Below are positions 1 to 9,544 of a DNA stretch of 64,000 nt, one piece after another; position 1 is the stretch's first letter, and the number at the start of each line of letters is the position of its first letter. The notes below the pieces were generated by a model. The model saw only the letters and a list, made by a program, of their open reading frames with translations. It was not told where the DNA came from and ran no database searches. This DNA comes from a candidate division Hyd24-12 bacterium UBA6080 (GTDB lineage: Bacteria; Fermentibacterota; Fermentibacteria; Fermentibacterales; JCC-6). Made by a program: the position numbers and the translations under genes. The stretch lies in the NCBI GenBank assembly GCA_002436025.1, contig DIXM01000002.1, positions 727,164 through 791,163 of the forward strand, read 5' to 3'.

Positions 1-1
1 C

Positions 2-865
2 GAAGACATGCTCAAGGGTTGCGACATGGTCTTCATCGCCGCAGGCATGGGCGGGGGAACGGGAACCGGAGCCGCACCTGTGATCGCCCAGGTGGCAAGG
101 GAGCAGGGCGCGATCACCGTCGGAGTGGTATCAAGACCGTTCGAGCACGAGGGCGTTCTCAAGCAGCAGAGGGCCGAAGAGGGCATACAGAGCCTTCGCA
201 AGGTTCTGGACAGCCTCATCATAATCCCCAACGACCGCCTTCTCACAGTCGTTGACGAGGACGCAACTCTCGAGGACGCCCTGGCGATGGCCAATGATGT
301 CCTTGCCAATGCGGTGGAGGGGATCAACCGCATCATCTCCGTGCCGGGCACGATCAACCTCGATTTCGAGGATGTCCGAAGGGTCATCACGAGCGGAGGG
401 GGAGCCATGATGGGCACCGGCGTGGCCACGGGACCCAACAGGGCCGAGGAAGCCGCCCGTCAGGCAATCTCGAACCCGCTTCTCGACAGCATCTCGATTG
501 AAGGCGCCAGGGCGGTCCTGGTGAACGTCCATTCCTCACGGGATGTGAAGTTCCGTGAGGCCATGATTGCCCAGAAAACCATCTCGGACGTCGTGGGACG
601 CACTGCCCAGGTCTTCATCGGCCACAGCTATGGCGACGATGTTGATGCCGAGATCAAGGTCACGGTCATAGCCACCGGCTTCGGTGACCGGATCGAGAAC
701 GATCCCATTGAGATGGACCTTCCGGCCAGGGTCGCAAGGGGACCCTTCGAGGGCGGAAGAAGGGGCACCGAGCACATTCCCTTCCCTGTCGTTGCCCACG
801 GTTCCGGGAACGTGAACACGAGGGACGCGAACCTGCCCTGCTTTCTGCAGAGAGACTTTGATTAG
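2..865 (+). CDS. ftsZ: Cell division protein FtsZ, C-terminal ~287 aa (5' end outside window)
   Basis: Tubulin/FtsZ signature GGGTGTG ([24 protein letters not shown]), T7 loop region, acidic/variable C-terminal tail; TAG stop at 863-865. Confidence 0.95.
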   Translation, partial: EDMLKGCDMVFIAAGMGGGTGTGAAPVIAQVAREQGAITVGVVSRPFEHEGVLKQQRAEEGIQSLRKVLDSLIIIPNDRLLTVVDEDATLEDALAMANDVLANAVEGINRIISVPGTINLDFEDVRRVITSGGGAMMGTGVATGPNRAEEAARQAISNPLLDSISIEGARAVLVNVHSSRDVKFREAMIAQKTISDVVGRTAQVFIGHSYGDDVDAEIKVTVIATGFGDRIENDPIEMDLPARVARGPFEGGRRGTEHIPFPVVAHGSGNVNTRDANLPCFLQRDFD

Positions 866-954
866 GGGTAATAAAAAGGCAGTATTTTGAACAACACCTT
901 GTCGTATATATATTCCTCTTCCCAATTGTTTTCCTGAGAAGAGGAAGCCACAGG

Positions 955-2580
955 ATGAGCAGAAAATCCGCAGGTGACCGGTACGAAGAGCGGAGGAAAG
1001 CCCTCCTTTCCACCGAGAAAAGCCTTGCCCTTGGTAACTCCAGGGGTATGTTCGAAGCTGTGTTCGCTTTTCCGAGGCCGTACCACCAGGCAATGGCACA
1101 CCTCGCGTTCCACAGGATCCACAATCAGCTCTCCACATGGTCCGACACGGTATGCTCCCGCGCCTTCCTTCCCGAGCGCGACGAGTACAACTGGCGCAAG
1201 CGGGCATCCGCCCCGGCGGTAACGGTAGACTCGGGCAAACCAATATCGGATTGTGACCTTCTTCTATTCATCATCCCCGGTGAAACCGACTACCTGCCCG
1301 CCCTCGAGATGATGGAGATGTCGGGAGTGACCCTCAGGGCCTCCCAGCGCCGGGAGAAGTGGCCCCTGATTTTTGCGACCGGCCTTGGTGTGACGGCCAA
1401 CCCAATGCCCCTGATGCCCTTTTTCGACGCCTTCATGATCGGTGAAAGCGAGCCCATTCTGGGCCCGGTTCTCGACACGATAAAAAGCATGGGAAGGAAC
1501 GCCGCCTCGAAAGACGCCATTCTCCAGCAGGTGGCCGATCTTCCGGGGATGCTGGTTCCCAGGATCCACGGCGTATCACCCAGGTTCGGCATAATGCGCC
1601 AGTGGGCCAGCACGGAGAGCGTCGGCGCGCTCACCGGAACCATATCCGCCAAGTCTGTCATCCCCGACACATGGATAGTGGAGATCGCCAGGGGCTGCCC
1701 CTTCAACTGCAGGTTCTGCATGCCCGGGTACCTTTACCTTCCTTACCGCGAGCAGCACCTCGAAGAGCTCGAAGAGACCATTCGGAGCATCCCCAAGGGG
1801 GAACAGGTAGTATTCACTGCCTGCACGCCATCGGGGCATTATCAGATCGACGAGATAACGGCCTTTGCCCAGGGGTGCGGTCTTGTGGCCCATGCCAGTT
1901 CCCATCGCCGCGATACCCCCGAGATGGTGGAGGAGATCCCCTCGACCTACGACGTCGAAACCCTGCTCATGGCCCCCGAAACCGGTTCGGACAGCCTTCG
2001 CAAGGTGCTTGGCAAGGGCCGCACGAACAGCGATTACCTGCTCATTCTAAAAAACATGGACCCAAGGGTCAAAAGGATAAGGATAAACTTCCAGATCGGT
2101 CTGCCCTTCGAGACCGACGCAGACCGGGAAGAGAACATCAGGTTCGTTGAAATGGTACAGGGGCATACCAGCCTTCCAATAACCGTTCGAATGGACCCGT
2201 TCATACCCCGCCCCTGGACGGCTTTCCAGTGGTCACCCATGCAGAACCCCGCCCGCCTCCGTTTGCTTATCGACAATTTCCAGCGAAGTGTCTCAAAACT
2301 CGGTATCAGTGAGATCAAGGGCATTTCTCCGCGGGACGCGCACATTTATGCGCTCCTCTCCCGGGGGGACAGAAAAGTTGCCGCCGCCCTCGAGACCAAA
2401 CTCACGGATGTCGGCTGGAACACGGCCTTTGAAAAGGCCGGGATCGACATGAACTGGGTCTTCGAACCCATCGAGGTGGGGAGCCAGTTCGGCTGGGATT
2501 TCCTGAACATGGGGTTCGGCTACACAAGACTTGCACGCGAGTTCCAGGCCGCCGCCGTCCTCGACGCGGAAAGACAGTAA
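955..2580 (+). CDS. Radical SAM domain protein (CxxxCxxC: CPFNCRFC) with B12-binding-like N-terminal region; function unknown
   Basis: 541-aa ORF with IARGCPFNCRFCMPGY radical-SAM cysteine triad; immediately downstream of ftsZ, same strand; TAA stop. Confidence 0.7.
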   Translation: MSRKSAGDRYEERRKALLSTEKSLALGNSRGMFEAVFAFPRPYHQAMAHLAFHRIHNQLSTWSDTVCSRAFLPERDEYNWRKRASAPAVTVDSGKPISDCDLLLFIIPGETDYLPALEMMEMSGVTLRASQRREKWPLIFATGLGVTANPMPLMPFFDAFMIGESEPILGPVLDTIKSMGRNAASKDAILQQVADLPGMLVPRIHGVSPRFGIMRQWASTESVGALTGTISAKSVIPDTWIVEIARGCPFNCRFCMPGYLYLPYREQHLEELEETIRSIPKGEQVVFTACTPSGHYQIDEITAFAQGCGLVAHASSHRRDTPEMVEEIPSTYDVETLLMAPETGSDSLRKVLGKGRTNSDYLLILKNMDPRVKRIRINFQIGLPFETDADREENIRFVEMVQGHTSLPITVRMDPFIPRPWTAFQWSPMQNPARLRLLIDNFQRSVSKLGISEIKGISPRDAHIYALLSRGDRKVAAALETKLTDVGWNTAFEKAGIDMNWVFEPIEVGSQFGWDFLNMGFGYTRLAREFQAAAVLDAERQ

Positions 2581-2643
2581 TCCAAAGCCCATATAAGCAA
2601 GCGCGCCCCGACCGGTAAAAACCGTACGGGAACGCGCTATGCA

Positions 2644-2676
2644 GCAAAAAGGCAAAGGCGGCGCCTTTCGGCGCCC
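2644..2676 (-). terminator. Rho-independent terminator of rpmB (GGCGCC stem, TTTC loop, U-run on minus strand)
   Basis: ggcggcgcctttcggcgcc hairpin; A-run on plus strand = T-run on minus, right after the rpmB stop. Confidence 0.6.
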
Positions 2677-2683
2677 CCGAGCC

Positions 2684-2872
2684 CTAAGCCCTCTTGACCC
2701 GTCCGCTCTTGATGCAGGTCGTGCAGGCCTTGATCCGCGTCGCGACGCCGTTGATCAGGATCCTGGCGGACTGAAGGTTGGGCTTCCAGATGTGTTTGGT
2801 GTGTCTGGTGGAATGGCTTACCCTGTATCCCACCGAGGGCTTCTTTCCGCATATATCACATTTCCAGGACAT
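2684..2872 (-). CDS. rpmB: 50S ribosomal protein L28
   Basis: 62-aa protein MSWKCDICGKKPSVGYRVSHSTRHTKHIWKPNLQ..., classic L28 N-terminus and size. Confidence 0.9.
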   Translation of the reverse strand: MSWKCDICGKKPSVGYRVSHSTRHTKHIWKPNLQSARILINGVATRIKACTTCIKSGRVKRA

Positions 2873-3074
2873 TGCAGTCTCCTTGTTGGTCTACGCAAAC
2901 GAAGGCAACATATACCGGAAACGACAGGAGAAATCAAGCCCTGACAGTCTTCGCGGAATCCCGTGACCGAGACACCGTGGTTTTGACATGCAAAGCCTCA
3001 GTGCGTATTACTCTGCCCTTGTTAGACACTGAAGGCTGCGTTGCCAATGCAGTGAAACCTCAGGAGGGCAGAAG

Positions 3075-3542
3075 ATGATCGAAGGGCTGTTGTCCAACCG
3101 GCCTCTGGTTATTGCTGTAAGTATTTCTGTGATAGTGGTCTACATGTTCCTGAAATGGAGAAGGGCCAGCAGATACGTCGACGAGAGGAACAAGGTCTAC
3201 TCCGAGCACTACAAAAAGGTCTTCGAGTACTCAGACAGGGTCAGAAGCGACGAGCGCTGGCCCGGTTTTATGGCCATGATCCAGGAAAGACACCCTGTCG
3301 TGGACACCGGCGAACCGCCAGATGAAGAGACCTATCAGGTTTACTACAGGTCCATATGGGATGCATACGGAACCCAGTACGAACCCAATCAGGCCCAACC
3401 GGGAATCGCTGGAATCTCAGCATTTCTGAAGCGCAAGGCAAAGCCCCGGTACATCATGGTACAGGTCAGCGCCACAGGTGAGTTCACCGAAGAAAAGGTA
3501 AGCCGAACCAGCTGGTACGACATGTTCGAGAAGTCGGTTTAG
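3075..3542 (+). CDS. Hypothetical membrane-anchored protein
   Basis: 155-aa ORF, N-terminal TM helix (LVIAVSISVIVVYMFL), no recognisable domain. Confidence 0.4.
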   Translation: MIEGLLSNRPLVIAVSISVIVVYMFLKWRRASRYVDERNKVYSEHYKKVFEYSDRVRSDERWPGFMAMIQERHPVVDTGEPPDEETYQVYYRSIWDAYGTQYEPNQAQPGIAGISAFLKRKAKPRYIMVQVSATGEFTEEKVSRTSWYDMFEKSV

Positions 3543-3625
3543 CACAGCACTGGGATCAAGAGTGAACCGCTTGAGCACGGTTTGAACGATTCGGCAAGAA
3601 AAGTGTATATTCAAGTGTATTCGTT

Positions 3626-3979
3626 GGGGGCGACAGGTCTCGACGGGTACGGATGCGGTTTTGCGGGAGCATGCCGAGGTTCCGCCGGCCTCGTTAAAAA
3701 GGCGGGAACAAACAACTGCCGCGTAAGCGACAACCCGTCACCCTCCAGTTAGGGTGGCCGTCCTCTCAACCTTCGCCTTCGAGGTTGTACAGGGCGACGC
3801 AATGAAGGCTGGCCTCCATCCCCCCACCTTCCGGGGTGAAGAGGCGAGAACAATGGAGGGCATGTCCGGAGAGCGCCGTCCGTTGCCCACCTCCGGCCAA
3901 GAATGAGTACGGACTAAGCATGTAGCGCCTTCTCAGCCCCCGTGCGCGGACGCGGGTTCGAATCCCGCCGCCTCCACCA
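3626..3979 (+). ncRNA. ssrA: tmRNA (SsrA), ~354 nt
   Basis: 5' GGGGGCGACAGGTCTCGACGGG (tmRNA 5' consensus GGGGnnGAnnnnnTCGACGGG). 3' tRNA-like end GGACGCGGGTTCGAATCCCGCCGCCTCCACCA with T-arm and CCA. Acceptor stem 5' GGGGGCG pairs with 3' CGCCUCC including a G3:U wobble (alanine identity). The tag ORF is probably the frame ending ...ACAACUGCCGCGUAA (..TTAA*), uncertain. Confidence 0.9.
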
Positions 3980-4247
3980 GTCCTCAAGAGGTCTTTCCAG
4001 ACTCCGTAGCCGCGTGTGGTACGAACAACAGCGGATTGTCCGGAACACAGCTCATTCCGGAGTCAGACCGCATGCGACAAGCGGACCACTGAAGCAGATC
4101 TCCTTCGGTTTGCCGGACGTGTTTGCATGAATTGACAAACAGCCATATACTAATGCGCTGTTCCGTGCACGATCGATGATCTTTGCCTTTTCACAAACGT
4201 TTTCGGTTCAAGTGAAATGCACGGGCTAACACTTGGGAGGGATCAGC

Positions 4248-4874
4248 ATGAGGTCGTTGCTTTTTCTGTTTGCTTCGGTGATTACCGTTTCAGCCGCAGA
4301 CATAGTCATCGGCAGCCAGGGCTCGCAGTCAAGCGATCCCTGGTGTGGTTCCTGAAGCTCTCAGATGCACTACCAGGTGGTGGTGCTCGACAGCGAGATG
4401 GGAAATGCCATGGACATTCTGTCCATTGCCTGGCAGAGGGCTGCCAGCGGCAGCAGTGAGGGTCATTATTATGGTGTTGAGATCCACATGGGGCTCTGCG
4501 CCGATGACGAGCTCGGTGCGACATTCGACGACAACTGGATTCCGGGCACCCGCACCCTTGTTTTCGCGGCGGACACACTTGACCTCAGCGGGAACGCCAA
4601 CGATTGGTCAGCTGTCACACTTGACAACCCCTTCTGGTACGGTGGTGAACAAAACCTTCTCATCGACCTTCAGTGGACCTCCGCCAATACGGCGTACAGC
4701 TTCTACACCTGGAGATGGGATACAGGTGCCGTCCGCTGCGTGAAGGCTATCAGCCTCGCCGCCCCTACTGGCGTGCTCTCTACACAGATCTCGGAATTGA
4801 TGTTCTCGGGCGATTTTTCGCTGTCCCAGAGCACATTCGGCGAGATCAAGACCGTTTTCGCCTGTGAAGATTGA
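4248..4874 (+). CDS. Secreted small protein, paralog 1, with in-frame TGA at 4353-4355 in a CGS-TGA (CxxU-like) motif: candidate selenoprotein of an uncharacterised family
   Basis: ATG 4248 with GGGAGG RBS. Signal peptide MRSLLFLFASVITVSAADIV. Same frame continues through TGA into ORF 4365-4874 (MHYQVVVLDSEMG...). The TGA position and context are conserved in two paralogs. A stem-loop lies 12 nt downstream of the TGA. Confidence 0.6.
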
Positions 4875-4884
4875 GGAACCATAC

Positions 4885-5517
4885 ATGAAAACACTTTCCA
4901 CTCTGTTGCTTCTTCTTGCAGCTGTTCCTGCAAGCGCCGCGACGGTTACCGTTGGCAGCGAGGAGCTGTCCTCCGGCGAACCACTTTGCGTATCTTGAAT
5001 CGAGTCGCTGCGCTACCAGGTGGTAGTGCTCGACTCTGAGATGGGCGGCGCGTTTGAATTCGACACCATCAGTCTCAAGAGGCACAGCTCGGGATCGACA
5101 TCCGGTCAGACCACTTTTGCCGACTTCGAGATCTGGGCGGGACTGGCTGAGTCCGATGTTCTCGGTGACAACTTCGAAGACAATTTCATCCCCGGCACCC
5201 GGACACTTCTATTCAGCCGCGAAAGCCTTCTGATTGAGGCCGAACCGAATGCCTGGATACCATTCGTACTCGATTCCCCCTTCTGGTACGGGGGAACAAA
5301 GAACCTCATCATCGAGATCCTCTGGTCCGAAGGTGAGGAACTGGGTACGGAGTGCGTCTACACATGGCAATGGAACACCGGAACCATGCGATGCGCATCC
5401 GGGCCGTACGATTCGGAAACAGGAAGCCGGACCAGCGTGATACCCCTCATTCAGTTCTCAGGGGACATGACCCTTTTGAACACCACTTTCGCCGGAGTCA
5501 AGACTTCCTTCCAGTAG
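4885..5517 (+). CDS. Secreted small protein, paralog 2, with in-frame TGA at 4996-4998 in a CVS-TGA motif: candidate selenoprotein
   Basis: ATG 4885. Signal peptide MKTLSTLLLLLAAVPASA. In-frame TGA, then IESLRYQVVVLDSEMGG... (ORF 5020-5517 in the same frame). Tandem with paralog 1. Equivalent hairpin after the TGA. Confidence 0.6.
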
Positions 5518-6035
5518 CGCTGACACACGGGTGACGTTGAGGCGTTTCGCTTGGGTCGGATCGGAATGGAATGCTCCATTGCTGCGTTTGAATACGGATA
5601 CTACTCTGTGACATGGAGTTAAGCGTTTAGCCTGCTTTTCGATCTGACTTTGCATACCGGGGAAGTTGTTTTGGTTTCTCCTGGCCAGGAAGCTGACATT
5701 CCTTCTGAAACAAGGGTACATTTGATTTGGGGTCCTCCTCGCTGGAGGCGGAGATGAGCAGCAAGTGCTTAAGCCAGGAAGCGAAAACAATGTGAGTGCT
5801 TGGGTTTTACCTTTTATCAATTCTGTCAGAGGCTTTACCAATGCTTGCCTTTCTCTCAAGCAACCAGCTCCCAGGGTAGTCCCGCGCCTGTACTCAGAAA
5901 GTTCACCCCATGAGTTCACCACCACCAGCTCCTTTCAACGCCGGTTTCGATGCGACAGCAGGATGGGGGAAGGAAGCAGACGGTGCCAGTTGGTTTGCCA
6001 ACTGTTTTCCTGCGAATGGATGGAGAGGAAAACCC

Positions 6036-7055
6036 ATGCCAAAAGGTAATGCTTTTCTGAGCAGAACAACTGTTTCAGCAGTGTTGCTGCTTCTGGCAGC
6101 AGGGTGCGGCTCAGACGACGCCACAGGTCCCTCCGGTGAAAACAGTTTCTATCGGCAGGAAATGCGAAGCTTCGTCATGGAGCTATCCTCATGGGCAAAG
6201 GGACAGCATCCCGGGTTCATCGTAATACCCCAGAACGGCCAGGAACTGGTAACCGACAACGGAGACCCCGGGGGCACGCTGCAGATCGCCTATCTGGCTT
6301 CAATGGACGCAACCGGCAGGGAGGACATGTTCTATGGTTACACTTCTGACAATGTCCCCACACCAGCGTCCGAGGCGGAATACCTGCGGGACCTCTGCCT
6401 TGTCTGCGAAGAAAACGGCGTTCAGGTGCTGGCTACCGATTACTGCTGGACTCGGGAGTACGTTGATGACTCCTATCAGACGAATGAACTGTACGGTTTC
6501 ATATCGTTCGCAGCCGATCAGCGGGAGCTCTACACCATTCCCGGTTATCCTGCGGATCCATGGAATGTGAATTCAAATGCAGTTACGAACATTGACCAGG
6601 CGGCCAACTTCCTGTATCTGATAAACGGCGACAATTACGGAACGAAGCAGCAATTCATCGACGCTGTTTCCCAGACATCCTATGACGTTGTCATAATGGA
6701 CCTCTTTCATAACGATGAGCAGTTCACTCCCTCTGACCTTTACCAGATCCGTGTGAAGAGCGACGGCGGTGAAAGGCTTCTGATCTGCTACATGAGCATC
6801 GGTGAAGCCGAGGATTACAGGTATTACTGGGACCCTGCGTGGAATACACAAAAGCCGTCCTGGCTGGGAAATGAAAACCCGGACTGGCCGGGTAACTACA
6901 AGGTTGAATACTGGGACCCTGCGTGGGAGGCAATCATCTTCGGCAACGACGAATCCTATCTGCAGAGGATCATCGACACGGGATTTGACGGAGCCTATCT
7001 CGACGTCATTGACGCATTCGAGTATTTCGAGAACCTTTCTGTCCGGAGAAATTGA
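6036..7055 (+). CDS. Lipoprotein, putative GH114/TM1410-like glycoside hydrolase (TIM-barrel)
   Basis: Lipobox LLLAAGC after M at 6036. LICYMSIGEAEDYRYYWDPAW motif typical of the GH114 / endo-alpha-1,4-polygalactosaminidase-like family. TGA stop. Confidence 0.5.
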   Translation: MPKGNAFLSRTTVSAVLLLLAAGCGSDDATGPSGENSFYRQEMRSFVMELSSWAKGQHPGFIVIPQNGQELVTDNGDPGGTLQIAYLASMDATGREDMFYGYTSDNVPTPASEAEYLRDLCLVCEENGVQVLATDYCWTREYVDDSYQTNELYGFISFAADQRELYTIPGYPADPWNVNSNAVTNIDQAANFLYLINGDNYGTKQQFIDAVSQTSYDVVIMDLFHNDEQFTPSDLYQIRVKSDGGERLLICYMSIGEAEDYRYYWDPAWNTQKPSWLGNENPDWPGNYKVEYWDPAWEAIIFGNDESYLQRIIDTGFDGAYLDVIDAFEYFENLSVRRN

Positions 7056-7304
7056 TCTATCTCACCAGAATGACCTTTTCCGACGCGGTTAGACCACCGC
7101 CCGATATCCTCAGGATGTAAACCCCCGGAGGAAGTGGCCCTCCCATGTAATCACGATCGTTCCAGTTCAGATCGTGCTGGCCAGTATCCACAGGCAGGGA
7201 AAAGGTCTTGAATTCTGGATCGCAGTATCGAGCGCGCCAGCGTCTTGACCTTTCGGGAAAGTGGAATCATTGTATTAATTGTCGTGCCGGAAGGGAAGCG
7301 AACC

Positions 7305-7805
7305 ATGAAAAGGCTGGCTGTGGCTATGGCGGTACTTGCCGCGGGGTGCGGTAGCACTACCGGTCCGGAAGGGCTGGGAACCCCTCTCGATGTGCTGACC
7401 TTGCTCGAAGATGCGTACAGCTACCGGGACCCCGGACTGTTCACGTGGGTGCTTCAGGATGGCTATTTTCACAGCATTCCCGAATGCGACTGGGAAGATT
7501 ACGACGGCGACGGGGTCGTGGATACGGGCTGGAACGCCGAACTCCAGACAGAGAGGATCCTGTTCTTCTTCATGGGGTGTTCCGAGATAACCCTTTCAAT
7601 CGATGAGGAAAACGCTTCGGTCGAGTACCTTTCCGCCGACGAGGCTGTTCTTTCGTTCGACTTCCAGCTCGACTTCACCGGGACCGGCCCCGATTACATC
7701 AGCAGCGGGGGAAGCTGGACCCTGCTTGTTTCGTGTGCGCCGGGTGAGCGCTGGAAACTCCTCGAAGCTTCCGATGCGGACGGTTGGGTGGGCTTCCTGC
7801 CCTGA
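7305..7805 (+). CDS. Hypothetical lipoprotein
   Basis: MKRLAVAMAVLAAGC lipobox; no recognisable domain; TGA stop. Confidence 0.45.
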   Translation: MKRLAVAMAVLAAGCGSTTGPEGLGTPLDVLTLLEDAYSYRDPGLFTWVLQDGYFHSIPECDWEDYDGDGVVDTGWNAELQTERILFFFMGCSEITLSIDEENASVEYLSADEAVLSFDFQLDFTGTGPDYISSGGSWTLLVSCAPGERWKLLEASDADGWVGFLP

Positions 7806-7814
7806 AGCGAAGTG

Positions 7815-9266
7815 TCAGCGGACCAGAACGACTCCGCGCTGAAGAAGAACACCGGTTGAGGAATCCACAAGAAGGTACACACCGGGAGGAAGATGAAATG
7901 CCTCCCTTTCGCCGGGCCTCAGCATGACCTTCCCGACAACCCTTCCCGCCGAATCGAGTATCACGGCCTCTCCGCCGGCTATTCCCTGAGCCGTCAAGAA
8001 ACCTCTCCCCGGACATTCCACGAGGCTGACAGGAACCTGCGCGGGCACGGGTTCGCTGTACGTTCCGCCGTTCGCCACGGGCCATGAGGTGTGTATGACA
8101 CAGATCCCCGGACCGGTTGTTCCGGCCATGGCCACGGCGACAAGGGGAGTGGGGTACTGGTCCGACTCGAAAAGGCACATGGACGAGCCGGGGGAGTTGG
8201 GCAACTGGGTCTGGGGGGTCGTTGCCGGTGAGGAGAAAACGAGGGGAGGGGCGTTGAACGTGCCCGCCGTCAGGGCGGCAAGACGCCACTGGCTGCCGTC
8301 GTGGAAGCAGTCCGTCGCAACCGCTGATAGCGGGTAGCCGTCGTCGTGATAGCCGTTGTCACCACTTATCAGATAGATATGTAAGCTGCCGTAGCACAGC
8401 AGGTCCGCCCGGGGCGAATATGATCCTGTGACGTTCCCGATGAAATTCAGGTTCGGGAAACAGAATTCTTCCTCGCCGGTATCCCAGACAGGCTCCTCGC
8501 CGGGAATGTCAACCATCCATGTGCCGGGCAGATACCCGAAGTGGGAGACGGCAAGACTCGGGACCGGGGAGTCGCAGATATCCATGGTTCCGAAGTAGCA
8601 GGTGCTCTGGCCGCATAGCAGTTCACCCGTATAGCCGTCCATGACCATGACCGACCCGTTCCAGACACTGCCGCGGTCGATGGAATAGCCCATCTCCGAC
8701 CAGCCGTTGCCGCTTATGTCCGTTTCTGTCACCTTGATCCAGGCATCCTGGGTGGAACCGGCCCACTGAAACCACAATTCCTGGCCTGACTGGCCGTCAA
8801 GGGCAAAGATCCCGCCCGAGCTCGAGACGGCGTCTTTCATGGCGAGAACAACAACGTCTCCGGGTTCAGGGCCCACTATACCCTCAACGTACTGCACGAC
8901 CTTATCCTGCGGAGAGCTCCATATCTGCGCGCCTGTTGCCCCGCACAGGAGGAATACCCTGGGAGAGCCCGCCTGACCGGCGGCCACCTCGGGCACTCCG
9001 TCGAGGTTGACGTCGCCCACGGTTCGCAGACAACCGGGTCCGGCAACTCCCAGGGCCGATTGATTGCTCCAGATCACCGCTCCTGTGAGGCCGTCGAGAC
9101 AGTGTATCCCAACCCCCATGCTCTCGAGGGATGCTGTGAAGATGTCCCCTGTGCCGTCTCCGTTCACGTCTCCCGCACATTGGACGGCGGTGAAGCAACC
9201 TTCAGGAAACGCGGTCCAGAGGATTCCCTGGGGGCCGGATATGATTGCCAGAAGCAGAGCGATCAT
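7815..9266 (-). CDS. Secreted beta-propeller (FG-GAP/PQQ-like repeats) protein with C-terminal T9SS-type sorting domain
   Basis: Signal peptide MIALLLAIISG. Repeated DVNGDG/ISGNG motifs. C-terminus ...FHLPPGVYLLVDSSTGVLLQRGVVLVR resembles a T9SS/FlgD-Ig-like CTD. Confidence 0.55.
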   Translation of the reverse strand: MIALLLAIISGPQGILWTAFPEGCFTAVQCAGDVNGDGTGDIFTASLESMGVGIHCLDGLTGAVIWSNQSALGVAGPGCLRTVGDVNLDGVPEVAAGQAGSPRVFLLCGATGAQIWSSPQDKVVQYVEGIVGPEPGDVVVLAMKDAVSSSGGIFALDGQSGQELWFQWAGSTQDAWIKVTETDISGNGWSEMGYSIDRGSVWNGSVMVMDGYTGELLCGQSTCYFGTMDICDSPVPSLAVSHFGYLPGTWMVDIPGEEPVWDTGEEEFCFPNLNFIGNVTGSYSPRADLLCYGSLHIYLISGDNGYHDDGYPLSAVATDCFHDGSQWRLAALTAGTFNAPPLVFSSPATTPQTQLPNSPGSSMCLFESDQYPTPLVAVAMAGTTGPGICVIHTSWPVANGGTYSEPVPAQVPVSLVECPGRGFLTAQGIAGGEAVILDSAGRVVGKVMLRPGEREAFHLPPGVYLLVDSSTGVLLQRGVVLVR

Positions 9267-9544
9267 TTCATTCCCCTTTCGGCCCGAGGATCGATTCCAA
9301 CCAGAAGTATAACATGGCGTGTACAATAATCCAGATCGTCAGCATTCTCTGCCCTTGATGGCTGGAGCTGGAGGGCTGATGCTTGCTTTTCATTGGCCCG
9401 TTTCTATGATATGGCAGTAATGTAATTGAATGGAAACGAGTTAGCCTGTTGTCCATTCTGCCAGTCCATCTTTTGGTATCTTCAGGGAATCGCCCGAAGG
9501 ATCGGAAGCGGTCTCCCTGTGAAAAGACTGAGTGCTGGAGATAA

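Noticed and set aside
536-1243. Minus-strand ORFs overlapping ftsZ and the ftsZ-rSAM spacer
   Set aside because: Antisense to ftsZ, low-complexity, no homology.
3896-3925. Reading frame GCC AAG AAT GAG TAC GGA CTA AGC ATG TAG (AKNEYGLSM*) resembling an ANDENYALAA-type tmRNA tag
   Set aside because: It lies ~270 nt into the 354-nt tmRNA, in the PK3/PK4-T-arm region. Tag ORFs sit after PK1, around nt 70-120, and the more plausible tag frame ends ...GCC GCG TAA near 3725. The resemblance is probably coincidental.
3766-4130. ORFs 3766-3987 (-) and 3942-4130 (+) predicted over the ssrA locus
   Set aside because: They overlap the tmRNA structural RNA (Gly/Arg-rich translations with no homology) and are artefacts of the ORF finder.
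7780-7805. Similar C-terminal endings ...GWVGFLP (7305-7805 lipoprotein) and ...TWGFLP (48219-48953 TorF-like barrel)
   Set aside because: Only 4-5 residues are shared. They are consistent with generic aromatic-rich beta-barrel or strand endings, which is too short to call a motif.
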